DNA of 64,000 nt from an uncultured Micavibrio sp. (GTDB taxonomy: Bacteria; Pseudomonadota; Alphaproteobacteria; Micavibrionales; Micavibrionaceae). The stretch covers positions 128,620 through 192,619 of the forward strand of contig CAYGUV010000001.1 of NCBI GenBank assembly GCA_964353185.1. Reading direction: 5' to 3'. Made by a program: the position numbers and the translations under genes. Every line of letters starts with the position of its first letter. Positions within the stretch are counted from its first letter, which is position 1. Of the stretch, positions 55,360 through 64,000 are shown piece after piece. Below the pieces are notes generated by a model. The model was not told the DNA's origin and searched no databases. It worked only from the letters and a program-made list of their open reading frames with translations.

Positions 55360-56838
55360 TTGAAAACATATAACTTTAGGGAATTTTTAACGCAATGGAA
55401 CAAACTGCAAAACTTCGAAACGCCGTCCATTCATACGAACATGGCAGATTGGCTAGAAAATTGCTACGAAACTGGTCAGACGCGGCTTTTGCTGATGGCG
55501 TTTCGTGCGTGCGGGAAATCAACACTTGTGGGGTTGTTCTCGGCATGGCTTCTATTGCGGCAACCGGATTCCCGCATCCTGGTCTTAGCTGCAGAATCGA
55601 ACCTCGCATCAAAGATGGTTCGCAACATAAAGCGAATAATAGAATTGCATCCTTTTACGATGCATCTAATTCCCAATAAAAAAGATCAATGGGCTTCTGA
55701 TAGATTTACAATCAATCGAGAGAAAGAGTTACGTGATCCTTCTGTTTTAGCCTGTGGAATAACTGGAAATGCAACAGGTAGTCGCGCTGACATTATAATT
55801 TATGATGATGTAGAGGTGCCAAACACATCCAATACACCTGATAAAAGAGAGAGCTTGAGAGAGCGATTACAAGAAAGTAATTTTATTTTAGCGCCAGGAG
55901 GAACGCAGCTTTATGTTGGGACACCCCATAGTTATTTTTCAATTTATGCAAAAAATCCTAGGTCTGAGGTTGGTGAAAATAACATTTTCTTAAATGGGTA
56001 TAAGCGATACGAACAACCTATTTTAACGAAAAATAATAAAAGCACTTGGCCAGAACAATTTTCTTCTAAGATCATTGACCAAATTCGCAAACAATCAGGA
56101 CCAAATAAGTTTGCTGCACAAATGATGTTAAATCCTGTCAATGTTCTAAATGGCCGTTTAAATACAGAGTTACTTCAATACTATAATAAAGATTTAGATT
56201 ATTTAGAATCGAGACAGCGTATATATTTGAGTTTAAATAAACAAAAGTTAGTGTCTTGCAGCGCATGGTGGGATCCTGCATTTGGTGTTGGGGAAACAGG
56301 TGATAACAGTGTTCTTGCAATTGTGTTTTCAGATGAAAATAGTAATTACTATCTTCATCATCTTTCTTACATAAAAGTTCGCGCTAAACTGGGAGAGGAT
56401 GAGGCAACACTCCAATGCCAACACGTTGCAAAAATAGCTAAGAAGTTTTTTGTTCCTTCTGTTGCGGTCGAAACAAATGGAATTGGTAAATTTCTACCTG
56501 CTATTTTACGAAGAGAAATATCTGCGCTTAATATTCCGTGTGCCGTTTTGGAAAAAACGAGCACTAAATCAAAAAGTGATAGAATCTTAGAAGCATTTGA
56601 CGTGGTGCTTGCGGCGCAGGCGCTGTTTGTGCATGACAGTGTTAAGGATACCCCCTTTCTTCTTGAGATGTCGGAATGGCAGCCAAATAAAAAAGGGGTG
56701 AAAGATGATGGCATGGACGCAGTATCAGGGGCCTTATCTTTAGAACCGGTTCGAATTCAAAGATCTGTCGTCTCCGCACGACGAAAATGGTTTTTAGGTA
56801 GCAATACTTATACAGCAGATACTGACTTCAAAATTTAA
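55360..56838 (+). CDS. phage terminase large subunit
   Basis: Walker A AFRACGKST, Walker B-like IIIYDDVE, and a C-terminal RNaseH-like nuclease region (WWDPAFG ... DDGMDA). TTG start, and this start call is uncertain. Confidence 0.85.
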   Translation: MKTYNFREFLTQWNKLQNFETPSIHTNMADWLENCYETGQTRLLLMAFRACGKSTLVGLFSAWLLLRQPDSRILVLAAESNLASKMVRNIKRIIELHPFTMHLIPNKKDQWASDRFTINREKELRDPSVLACGITGNATGSRADIIIYDDVEVPNTSNTPDKRESLRERLQESNFILAPGGTQLYVGTPHSYFSIYAKNPRSEVGENNIFLNGYKRYEQPILTKNNKSTWPEQFSSKIIDQIRKQSGPNKFAAQMMLNPVNVLNGRLNTELLQYYNKDLDYLESRQRIYLSLNKQKLVSCSAWWDPAFGVGETGDNSVLAIVFSDENSNYYLHHLSYIKVRAKLGEDEATLQCQHVAKIAKKFFVPSVAVETNGIGKFLPAILRREISALNIPCAVLEKTSTKSKSDRILEAFDVVLAAQALFVHDSVKDTPFLLEMSEWQPNKKGVKDDGMDAVSGALSLEPVRIQRSVVSARRKWFLGSNTYTADTDFKI

Positions 56839-56861
56839 ATATAAAATGAGAGAGAATTTAA

Positions 56862-57203
56862 ATGGAAACAATCCTAGATAGCGGATTGATATGGTGGATT
56901 AGTGTGATTGAAATACCTGCTATCTCAACATTATTTTTTTTGATATTAAGATTACGCGCGCTTAATGACCATAATATTACAGAGATACGCGGCCTTCTTG
57001 AGCTAAGAAATAATCAAATAAAAGAATCTTTATCTGCATTTCAATTAGAAACAGCACGAACCTATGCGTGCATTAATGATGTTAAAGACATTGAGCTACG
57101 CATCATAAAACATCTTCTGCGAATCGAAGAAAAGTTAGATAGAACCGCGATGAAAGCAGAAGTCTTAGAGGCCACAAATAATAAATATAATAGAAAGGAA
57201 TAA
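56862..57203 (+). CDS. membrane-anchored coiled-coil protein (lysis-associated, spanin- or holin-accessory-like)
   Basis: N-terminal TM (LIWWISVIEIPAISTLFFLIL) plus coiled coil. Immediately upstream of the endolysin gene. Confidence 0.4.
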   Translation: METILDSGLIWWISVIEIPAISTLFFLILRLRALNDHNITEIRGLLELRNNQIKESLSAFQLETARTYACINDVKDIELRIIKHLLRIEEKLDRTAMKAEVLEATNNKYNRKE

Positions 57204-57205
57204 TC

Positions 57206-57709
57206 ATGCTTCATTACTTATTTGGAAGAAAAGAAATAGAGAAAAAAACACAGAAAACAGTCTCAGTTTACGATGAGCAAAAAGAATATTACAAACAATT
57301 GGAAATTGACGTTTTGGCCCGTACCATTTTTGGCGAAGCAAGGGGAGAACCTTTGGAAGGACAAGAGGCTGTTGCTTGTGTTGTTTTAAATCGTGTAAAA
57401 ATTGCAAAAATAAAAGGTCGATATTGGTGGGGAAATAACATTATTGGTGTTTGTCAAAAGCCATATCAATTCTCATGCTGGAATAAGAATGATCCAAGCT
57501 ATAAAAGATTAACTTCGGTTACCGATAAAGATAAAAATTTTCAAGCAGCACTTCGTATTGCGAAAGATGCGGTGGAAGAAAATCTTTGGGACTGTACTGA
57601 TGGCGCTACGCATTATCATGCTGACTATGTTGATCCGTTTTGGACCAAAGGGGAGAAACCCATAAAAAAAATTGGACGTCATATATTCTATAAATTAGTC
57701 GAGGTTTAA
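57206..57709 (+). CDS. cell wall hydrolase, SleB/Hydrolase_2 family (endolysin)
   Basis: LARTIFGEARGEPLEGQEAVACVVLNRV and PYQFSCWN motifs. Confidence 0.85.
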   Translation: MLHYLFGRKEIEKKTQKTVSVYDEQKEYYKQLEIDVLARTIFGEARGEPLEGQEAVACVVLNRVKIAKIKGRYWWGNNIIGVCQKPYQFSCWNKNDPSYKRLTSVTDKDKNFQAALRIAKDAVEENLWDCTDGATHYHADYVDPFWTKGEKPIKKIGRHIFYKLVEV

Positions 57710-57710
57710 T

Positions 57711-58295
57711 ATGATCTCAACCGTTCTTGGTAAAATTGGATTACCGATACTAATTGAATTCGTCGCGCAGGCTTTGGGGCGTGTTGACCACCCTGTTGCC
57801 AGCAGCGCAAAAAAAGCTTTAGAAGAAGTTGAGGCCGCACTTGCTGGAGGGCTTATTTCTAACGAACAAATGGCTGAAGCCAATAGACACGCTGAAGAAA
57901 TGGCACGTATTAATATGCAACAATATGAAGCAAGCCTATCTGAAATTAATCAATCTTTACGCGCAGAAATTGCCTCTAACGATATATATGTTCGTCGTAT
58001 GCGCCCTACCTTTGGGTATTTAATGGCGGCAACATGGGCGGCGCAAATGTTTGGAATTGCGTATGTTATAATTTTCAAAACTGAAACGGCTGCTTACGTT
58101 ATGACTGGTATGTCTGCGCTTAGTACTATTTGGGCGGTCGGCCTATCTGTTCTGGGCATATATGTTTATAAACGTAGCGAGGATAAAAAGATATTAAATC
58201 TGCCGATAGGTAGTGTTTTAGAGGCTAAAATAGATAAAAATATTATTCCCAAAGCGATTAAAACAAACACTAAAGAAATTCAGTTAAACGATTAA
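57711..58295 (+). CDS. three-TM holin (family named for gene-transfer-agent release)
   Basis: An N-terminal soluble region, then RRMRPTFGYLMAATWAAQMFGIAYVI and two further TM segments. Pattern matches the 3TM holin family as I recall it. Confidence 0.6.
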   Translation: MISTVLGKIGLPILIEFVAQALGRVDHPVASSAKKALEEVEAALAGGLISNEQMAEANRHAEEMARINMQQYEASLSEINQSLRAEIASNDIYVRRMRPTFGYLMAATWAAQMFGIAYVIIFKTETAAYVMTGMSALSTIWAVGLSVLGIYVYKRSEDKKILNLPIGSVLEAKIDKNIIPKAIKTNTKEIQLND

Positions 58296-59171
58296 GCGTT
58301 TTTTGTTGAGCTGCCGTTCACGGTAAATCATATACAAACCCGCCATTACGACTAATATCAGACCTATAATTGTCGTGCTCGTCGGTATTTCATTGAAAAA
58401 TAATATTCCTAATAAAACACCCCATATCACTTGGATATATACAAAAGGTGCAACGCTGGCAGTACTTTTTGCATTGGCAATAGCATACGTAACAGCGCCT
58501 TGAGCGGCCAAAACCACTAAAGAGTTCATAATAAACCAGCCCAAATCATTTATTGCAATTGGCTCAATATGTGGGATAGAAAGAGGTATATTGACCGCTA
58601 GTATCCCTAAATATGGATAAAGAACAAATAAAGGAAGATATTCGTTTTTACCAACTTTACGAATAACGATAGTGCCGAGCGCAATTGAAATTGCCGCGGC
58701 TACGGCAAACGCAATGCCTACATTAAACGCATTAAACTGAGGGCCCAATAAAATAATTACCCCTAAAAAACCGATAATCACAGATACCCATCTATGAAAC
58801 CCAACCTCTTCTTTTAAAAATAAAATGGCGAGTATCACGCTTATAAAAGGGGCTGAAAAAGTAATCCCGTATAAATCAGCAAGGGGAATATATGAAACAC
58901 CATTGACAACCCCCGTAGCCGTAACGGCAATGCACGCGCCACGCGCCATTAACCATTTCCAATTTGGGCTCAAAAAACCGCGCCATCCTTTGCGCATAAG
59001 AATCCATAGCACAAGTCCAAATCCGCTGGTTAAACCACCAAATAAAAGTATTAGGGAAGGGTCATAACTTTGAGATAAATACTTACTCGTTGCATCTGCA
59101 AAGGCAAATCCAGTCCATCCCAACATAATAATCATAATAATTTTTAGGCTTTCGCCTTTAAGCTGGGACAT
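58284..59171 (-). CDS. EamA/DMT family transporter
   Basis: 10 TM segments in two EamA-like halves. Convergent 12-nt overlap with the holin gene. Confidence 0.75.
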   Translation of the reverse strand: MSQLKGESLKIIMIIMLGWTGFAFADATSKYLSQSYDPSLILLFGGLTSGFGLVLWILMRKGWRGFLSPNWKWLMARGACIAVTATGVVNGVSYIPLADLYGITFSAPFISVILAILFLKEEVGFHRWVSVIIGFLGVIILLGPQFNAFNVGIAFAVAAAISIALGTIVIRKVGKNEYLPLFVLYPYLGILAVNIPLSIPHIEPIAINDLGWFIMNSLVVLAAQGAVTYAIANAKSTASVAPFVYIQVIWGVLLGILFFNEIPTSTTIIGLILVVMAGLYMIYRERQLNKKRLIV

Positions 59172-59246
59172 ATTTTTTCTCGACTGATTTTAAATACCGC
59201 GTATAGTTAATATGCGTTAATTTTCAATGAAGTAAAGGATTTTTCA

Positions 59247-60692
59247 ATGTCTAAACCAACACCAATCACTATCGCTCGTGGGGACGGTATCGGTCCTTCC
59301 ATTATGGATGCAACCTTAGCGATTTTAGAGGCCGCAGGCGCCAATCTTGAAATTGAAGAGATTGAAATTGGCAAGGCAGTATATGAACGCGGTGTTGCTG
59401 GTGGTATTGATGATGATGCATGGGCTTCCCTAAGGCGTACAAAGATTTTCTTAAAAGCGCCAATTACCACCCCACAAGGGGGCGGGTATAAGAGTTTAAA
59501 TGTAACTGTGCGCAAAACACTGGGCTTATTTGCCAATGTTCGCCCTTGCGTTGCATACCATCCTTTTGTTGAAACTAATCACGACGATATGGACTTGGTC
59601 ATTATCCGTGAGAATGAAGAAGATTTGTATGGCGGTATAGAATATCGTCAATCACAACAAGTAATGGCGTCATTGAAGCTTATTTCACGTCCGGGGACGG
59701 AGCGTATTGTTCGCTATGCGTTTGAATATGCGCGTGCCAATGGCCGTAAAAAAGTAACTTGTATGACCAAAGACAATATAATGAAAATGTCCGATGGTTT
59801 ATTTCATAAGGTATTTGATGAAATTGGTGAAGAATACCCAGATATTGAACAAGATCATATGATTATTGATATTGGTACGGCAAAAGTTGCGGCACATCCA
59901 GGCATGTTTGATGTGATTGTATTACCAAACTTATACGGAGATATTGTTTCTGATGTCGCCGCAGAAGTAACAGGATCTGTTGGTCTTGGTGGCTCATCTA
60001 ATATTGGTATTGATTTTGGCATGTTCGAAGCAGTTCATGGGTCTGCCCCTGATATCTCTGGTAAGGGGATTGCAAATCCATCTGGATTATTGCTCGGCGC
60101 GGTCATGATGCTTGTCCATATTGGTCAAACAGAAGTGGCAGAAAAGATTCATAATGCTTGGAAAAAAACAATCGAAGACGGTATTCACACAGGCGATATT
60201 TACCGTGAAGGGGTTAGTAAGCAACGCGCTGGGACAGATGACTTTACAAAAGCAGTTATAGAACGCTTGGGCCAAAAACCTACAACGTTAACCGAAGTTG
60301 AATATGATAAAGAAAGCAAAGGTATTATTCTTCCTCCTTTAAAAGAAATAAAAGAAGAAGATAAAAAGCGTGTCGGTGTTGATATTGGTTTAAATTATAA
60401 TGGTAAAGCAGATGACTTAGCTAAACTAGTGCAGCCCTGCATTACAAAGAATTTAAAATTATCTCTTATATCCAATCGCGGTGTAAAAGTATGGCCCGAT
60501 GGTGCGGCAGAAACATTTTGTACAGATAATTGGCGCTTAAGATTTGAGAGCTTAAATGATGAAAACGTTCGTACTTCGGAAGTTGTAAAGCTTATCGCTA
60601 ACCTGAATGAAGCGGATATGAACTTCACAAGCGCATTAATGTTACATAGCTTTAATGGCGTAAAAGGTTATACGAAAGCACAAGGTGAATAA
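59247..60692 (+). CDS. icd: NADP-dependent isocitrate dehydrogenase (about 480-aa form with C-terminal extension)
   Basis: SLNVTVRKTLGLFANVRP and NLYGDIVSD motifs of the isocitrate/isopropylmalate dehydrogenase family. Confidence 0.88.
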   Translation: MSKPTPITIARGDGIGPSIMDATLAILEAAGANLEIEEIEIGKAVYERGVAGGIDDDAWASLRRTKIFLKAPITTPQGGGYKSLNVTVRKTLGLFANVRPCVAYHPFVETNHDDMDLVIIRENEEDLYGGIEYRQSQQVMASLKLISRPGTERIVRYAFEYARANGRKKVTCMTKDNIMKMSDGLFHKVFDEIGEEYPDIEQDHMIIDIGTAKVAAHPGMFDVIVLPNLYGDIVSDVAAEVTGSVGLGGSSNIGIDFGMFEAVHGSAPDISGKGIANPSGLLLGAVMMLVHIGQTEVAEKIHNAWKKTIEDGIHTGDIYREGVSKQRAGTDDFTKAVIERLGQKPTTLTEVEYDKESKGIILPPLKEIKEEDKKRVGVDIGLNYNGKADDLAKLVQPCITKNLKLSLISNRGVKVWPDGAAETFCTDNWRLRFESLNDENVRTSEVVKLIANLNEADMNFTSALMLHSFNGVKGYTKAQGE

Positions 60693-60700
60693 GTGAATAA

Positions 60701-60730
60701 AAAAAGCCTGCTAAAAAGCAGGCTTTTAAA
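60701..60730. terminator. bidirectional terminator between icd and the EF-hand gene
   Basis: AGCCTGC-TAAAAA-GCAGGCT stem flanked by an A-run and a T-run. Confidence 0.8.
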
Positions 60731-60744
60731 ATATTTAGATAAAA

Positions 60745-61320
60745 TTACATTACAACATCGACCCATTCTTCGGCAGAAATGGATTTGTCATTGTTGTCGT
60801 CATATACCATGAAAGTTCCTGTAGCAAATTCAACTTTATCAATGGTTCCGTTCATATCGGTGTCCCACTTTTTGTAGATCCCCATATTTGCCACCAAAGA
60901 TTCAATTTCGCTAGAATCCAAACGGTCATCTTGGTCTTTATCCCAATAAGAATAAGATTTTACTTCCATGTCTGAATTTGGCTGTGTATCGACATTAGTA
61001 TAAAAATAAGTCATTGAATCTCCATCATATTCATCCGTTACAATGTAACCATCATTGTTAGAATCTAATGTTCTTGTTACATAAGTAGTAAATTCATTTG
61101 GCTCAATAATATTATTATTATTAACATCGTACGAATATGTTGTACGGGTTATTTTGATGCTATCTGCTGCATCATTTGCCGTGTCCGCTCCAGTGATTTT
61201 TACGGCGGTATCACCATCTATAATGACAGTTTTGTCCATTTCTTGTGCCATTCCAGCATTTGAAATCATGAGGGCGCCTGTTAAAGAAAGCACCATAAAT
61301 TTTTTGTGTTTTATCATCAT
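60745..61320 (-). CDS. secreted EF-hand calcium-binding protein
   Basis: Signal peptide ending AGMA-QE. Canonical 12-residue loops DSNNDGYIVTDE, DKDQDDRLDSSE, DTDMNGTIDKVE and DDNNDKSISAEE. Confidence 0.75.
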   Translation of the reverse strand: MMIKHKKFMVLSLTGALMISNAGMAQEMDKTVIIDGDTAVKITGADTANDAADSIKITRTTYSYDVNNNNIIEPNEFTTYVTRTLDSNNDGYIVTDEYDGDSMTYFYTNVDTQPNSDMEVKSYSYWDKDQDDRLDSSEIESLVANMGIYKKWDTDMNGTIDKVEFATGTFMVYDDNNDKSISAEEWVDVVM

Positions 61321-61384
61321 TATTCTCCTTCGAATTGATTTTTTATATAACGAAGGGAAAAGGGGTAAGTTCCCTTTTCAATGA

Positions 61385-62224
61385 TTAAGATGCTGCTCTG
61401 ACGGAATTTGCCAATAGATAAGTGATTGTCATTGGACCCACTCCACCAGGGACGGGTGTAATGGCTAAAGCCTTATTTTTGACTTCATCATAATCAACAT
61501 CACCACATAATTTGCCATTTTCCATGCGGTTAATACCCACATCAATAACAATGGCGCCTTCTTTTACCCAGTCCGCTTTAACCATTTTTTCACGGCCTAC
61601 TGCGGCGACCAATATATCTGCTTGTGCGCAAACTTTGTCTAAATCTTTGGTGCGGCTATGGGCCATCGTAACGGTACAATTTTCATTCAGTAATAATTGT
61701 GCCATAGGCTTTCCAAATAAATTTGATCGGCCAATTACAACGGCGTTTAAACCATTTAAATCTTGCTTTACTACTTTTATTAAATGAAGAGATCCTTGGG
61801 GGGTGCACGGCACATGACCATCTTCCATGCCTAAGAAAAGCTTTCCAGCATTGGTAACGGTTAACCCATCAACATCTTTTTGCGGTGCAATCATTTGCAC
61901 CAAATCTTCTTGAACATCTCTCAAATGATTTGGTAGAGGCAATTGTAAAAGAATGCCATGAACGCTTTGATCTTCATTTAATTGATTTATTGTCTGTTCA
62001 ATCTCTTTAAACGTTGCATCGTCACCCAAACGCTTTTCTGTACTTGTAATACCAACATCTTCACAAGCTTTTATTTTATTACGCACATAAACATGTGAGG
62101 CTGGATTATCGCCCACTAAAATTACGGCTAATCCAACTGCTTTGTTTAGTGCTTTGATGTCTGTTGCGATTTTCTCGCGCGCTTTTTTTGAAACATCTTT
62201 ACCATTAATAATTTGTGCTGTCAT
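61385..62224 (-). CDS. folD: bifunctional methylenetetrahydrofolate dehydrogenase/cyclohydrolase
   Basis: VGDNPAS, GRSNLFGKPMAQLLL and TPVPGGVGPMT motifs. Confidence 0.95.
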   Translation of the reverse strand: MTAQIINGKDVSKKAREKIATDIKALNKAVGLAVILVGDNPASHVYVRNKIKACEDVGITSTEKRLGDDATFKEIEQTINQLNEDQSVHGILLQLPLPNHLRDVQEDLVQMIAPQKDVDGLTVTNAGKLFLGMEDGHVPCTPQGSLHLIKVVKQDLNGLNAVVIGRSNLFGKPMAQLLLNENCTVTMAHSRTKDLDKVCAQADILVAAVGREKMVKADWVKEGAIVIDVGINRMENGKLCGDVDYDEVKNKALAITPVPGGVGPMTITYLLANSVRAAS

Positions 62225-62234
62225 TTTGTGCCTT

Positions 62235-62534
62235 CTAATACGCCATATTGGGGAAAATTAAAGTCGTTGCGATAACATTTTTTAAAATTGAAATCGCAAA
62301 AATAATTATTATGGGGGAAATATCAATACCACCAATTGAAGGAATTATCTTCCGCAATGGTTTATAAACCGGATCTGTGACTTTTTGTAAAACTTCAATA
62401 AATTTGCGGGCATTGGTATTTTGAACGTTCATAACGCCAAAAGCAATTAGCCAGCTCACCACGACCTGAGCGATAATGATCCAAAAGAAAATATCAAGTA
62501 AAAGAATAAGAATTTGTCCAATTGTGCTGCTCAT
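62235..62534 (-). CDS. yggT: YggT family membrane protein
   Basis: 99 aa, with the two-TM pattern and PLRKIIP...GGIDISP motif of YggT. Confidence 0.8.
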   Translation of the reverse strand: MSSTIGQILILLLDIFFWIIIAQVVVSWLIAFGVMNVQNTNARKFIEVLQKVTDPVYKPLRKIIPSIGGIDISPIIIIFAISILKNVIATTLIFPNMAY

Positions 62535-62627
62535 TTAATTTTTCCAATCAATAATTTATTTAACAACTTTTTAAACGACTTCATGTATAATGAAAAGCTT
62601 AGATATTAAAAATTTCAGGAGTCTTCG

Positions 62628-63320
62628 TTGTTTGGATTAGAGTTAATATTAGCAGGTTGGCTTACTATGGATCAAAAACCAAATATACAACCTATATCGA
62701 CCCCCGTCACTTGCAGAGCGCGAGATGTCCCACAAATTAATGTATCTCCTTCCAAAAGCCGCGTTCGCTATGACTTTACAAAACGTAAAGCAGAGCTTAA
62801 TTCTGTTGATATTGATACTGTTTCCCCTTATGGGCCGCAACATACCACTCAGGTGAGTGGTCTTATGAGTGGTTCTATTCAGGTTAAGCATGAAATGCAA
62901 TTTGAACATCAGCGTTATGAAAGCCTCAATCAAGGATGTCTTTATATACGTTCTGTCAGCGTCAATGTACATATTGAGCCTTTAATTTACATCGCAGCCG
63001 AATATCCAAAAGGTAGTTGTATGCATAACGCAGTCTTAGCGCATGAGCATAAGCATGTGCGTGAAGACCAATTAATTGTTAATAAATATACCAAAATTAT
63101 TGGTCAAGCGATGCAACAGGCTGTGAATAGCCAAGGTGCTTCCTTTGGTCCTTACACTTTGGATCGTGTGCCGTTGGTTCAAAATAATATCCAAAATTCT
63201 TTGAATAAAGTGCTCAAAAAATATAATGATCGCATGAATGAAGAGCGCCGTAAAAGACAGCAGGCCATCGATAGCTTTGAAGAATATGAATCGATTGGCA
63301 AGCGTTGTCCAAAAACTTAA
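62628..63320 (+). CDS. hypothetical protein with HExxH motif (DUF922-like putative zinc peptidase)
   Basis: AVLAHEHKHV contains HEHKH. TTG start with CAGGAG 7 nt upstream. Confidence 0.45.
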   Translation: MFGLELILAGWLTMDQKPNIQPISTPVTCRARDVPQINVSPSKSRVRYDFTKRKAELNSVDIDTVSPYGPQHTTQVSGLMSGSIQVKHEMQFEHQRYESLNQGCLYIRSVSVNVHIEPLIYIAAEYPKGSCMHNAVLAHEHKHVREDQLIVNKYTKIIGQAMQQAVNSQGASFGPYTLDRVPLVQNNIQNSLNKVLKKYNDRMNEERRKRQQAIDSFEEYESIGKRCPKT

Positions 63321-63515
63321 GCAGGTATTAGTTTTTAGGAGAAAAAATCTTCTAAATTTCATAATAATTTAATGTTTTAGTGAAAATATTAAATTTCAGT
63401 CTTTTTAATACGCTTACAGCGGTAAACAAATCATGATATTATATGGCTGAAATTTACAAATTATCCTGAATATCCAACAAATAATTCGATCCAATCAAAC
63501 GAAGGAACAAAATTA

Positions 63516-64000
63516 ATGACACGCACTGGCCAAGATACGATGAAAACGCGTCAAAATATTGATGTAGACGGTAAGACATACGCAATCTACAGCCTTAAAA
63601 AAGCGGCAGAACAAATTGGAGATATTTCAAGACTTCCCTTTTCATTGAAAGTGCTACTTGAAAACCTGCTTCGTCATGAAGATGGACGTTCGGTTACAAC
63701 CGAAGATATCCAAGCAATCGCTGATTGGCTTAAAACAAAATCGTCTAAAAAAGAAATCGCGTATCGCCCTGCACGTGTATTAATGCAAGATTTTACAGGG
63801 GTTCCTGCTGTTGTTGATTTGGCGGCTATGCGCGAAGCTATGAAAAGCTTGGGTGGGGATGTTGAAAAAATTAATCCTCTTTCTGCGGTTGATTTGGTTA
63901 TTGATCATTCCGTTATGGTTGATGCGTTCGGTAATGATCAGGCATTTGATACCAATGTTGAACGTGAATTTGAACGTAATGGGGAGCGCTATGAATTTTT
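63516..64000 (+). CDS. acnA: aconitate hydratase A, N-terminal about 161 aa (3' end outside the window)
   Basis: My translation gives [27 protein letters not shown]...[18 protein letters not shown]...[23 protein letters not shown]. Open to the window end. GAAGGA SD. Confidence 0.9.
   Translation, partial: MTRTGQDTMKTRQNIDVDGKTYAIYSLKKAAEQIGDISRLPFSLKVLLENLLRHEDGRSVTTEDIQAIADWLKTKSSKKEIAYRPARVLMQDFTGVPAVVDLAAMREAMKSLGGDVEKINPLSAVDLVIDHSVMVDAFGNDQAFDTNVEREFERNGERYEF

Larger units (their letters stand above)
45751..58295 (+). mobile_element. podovirus-like late-gene cluster (reduced prophage, or GTA-like or satellite-like element) with adjacent S24 repressor
   Basis: Portal, scaffold, capsid, tail-tube-like genes, large terminase and lysis cassette sit between pyrE and an EamA transporter gene. 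No integrase, replication genes, tail fibre, tRNA or att repeats seen. Confidence 0.65.

Noticed and set aside
55376-55679. Three overlapping alternative-frame ORFs (66-94 aa) at the 5' end of the terminase gene
   Set aside because: They are explained by the local GC-rich island, which lowers stop-codon frequency. The terminase frame carries the Walker A motif. The compositional island itself is reported as a finding.
45700-58400. att sites, tRNA target or integrase marking a classical prophage insertion
   Set aside because: I could find no tRNA-like sequence, integrase-like ORF or obvious flanking direct repeats by eye. Short repeats (under 15 bp) cannot be excluded without a computational search.

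Overview
Low-GC (by eye high-30s % GC) alphaproteobacterial chromosome segment, almost fully coding. The alphaproteobacterial call rests on an FtsZ with a long C-terminal linker, a DUF1476-type ATPase zeta inhibitor, a bolA-grxD pair and the dcw gene order. Layout by region: (1) 1-9.6 kb holds the asd 3' end, an sdhCDAB operon with an extra small membrane gene between sdhA and sdhB and a 2OG-Fe(II) oxygenase after sdhB, then housekeeping genes and RNase P RNA. (2) 10-29.7 kb is a complete dcw cluster, mraZ to ftsZ, with a transporter gene inserted between murC and murB. (3) 29.9-45.7 kb carries lpxC, bamD, recN, ligA, rpmJ, mreBCD-mrdA-rodA, grxD-bolA-zeta, purC, nadK and pyrE. (4) 45.75-58.3 kb is the accessory region. 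It starts with an S24/LexA-like repressor gene. A ~12 kb podovirus-type late-gene cluster follows: portal, scaffold, major capsid, gp11/gp12-like tail tube, large terminase, then SleB-type endolysin and a 3TM holin. I see no integrase, replication genes, RNA polymerase, tail fibre or internal core genes in this cluster. It carries two opposite-strand inserts, a PilZ-domain gene and a small secreted protein gene. It also has promoter-overlapping palindromic operator candidates and short GC-rich islands. (5) 58.3-64 kb carries an EamA transporter, icd, a secreted EF-hand protein, folD, yggT, an HExxH protein and the acnA 5' end. The best candidate for something new is the reduced podovirus-like element, which could be a GTA-like or satellite-like domesticated particle locus rather than a simple prophage remnant. 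All protein calls are motif recognition by eye, not database searches.
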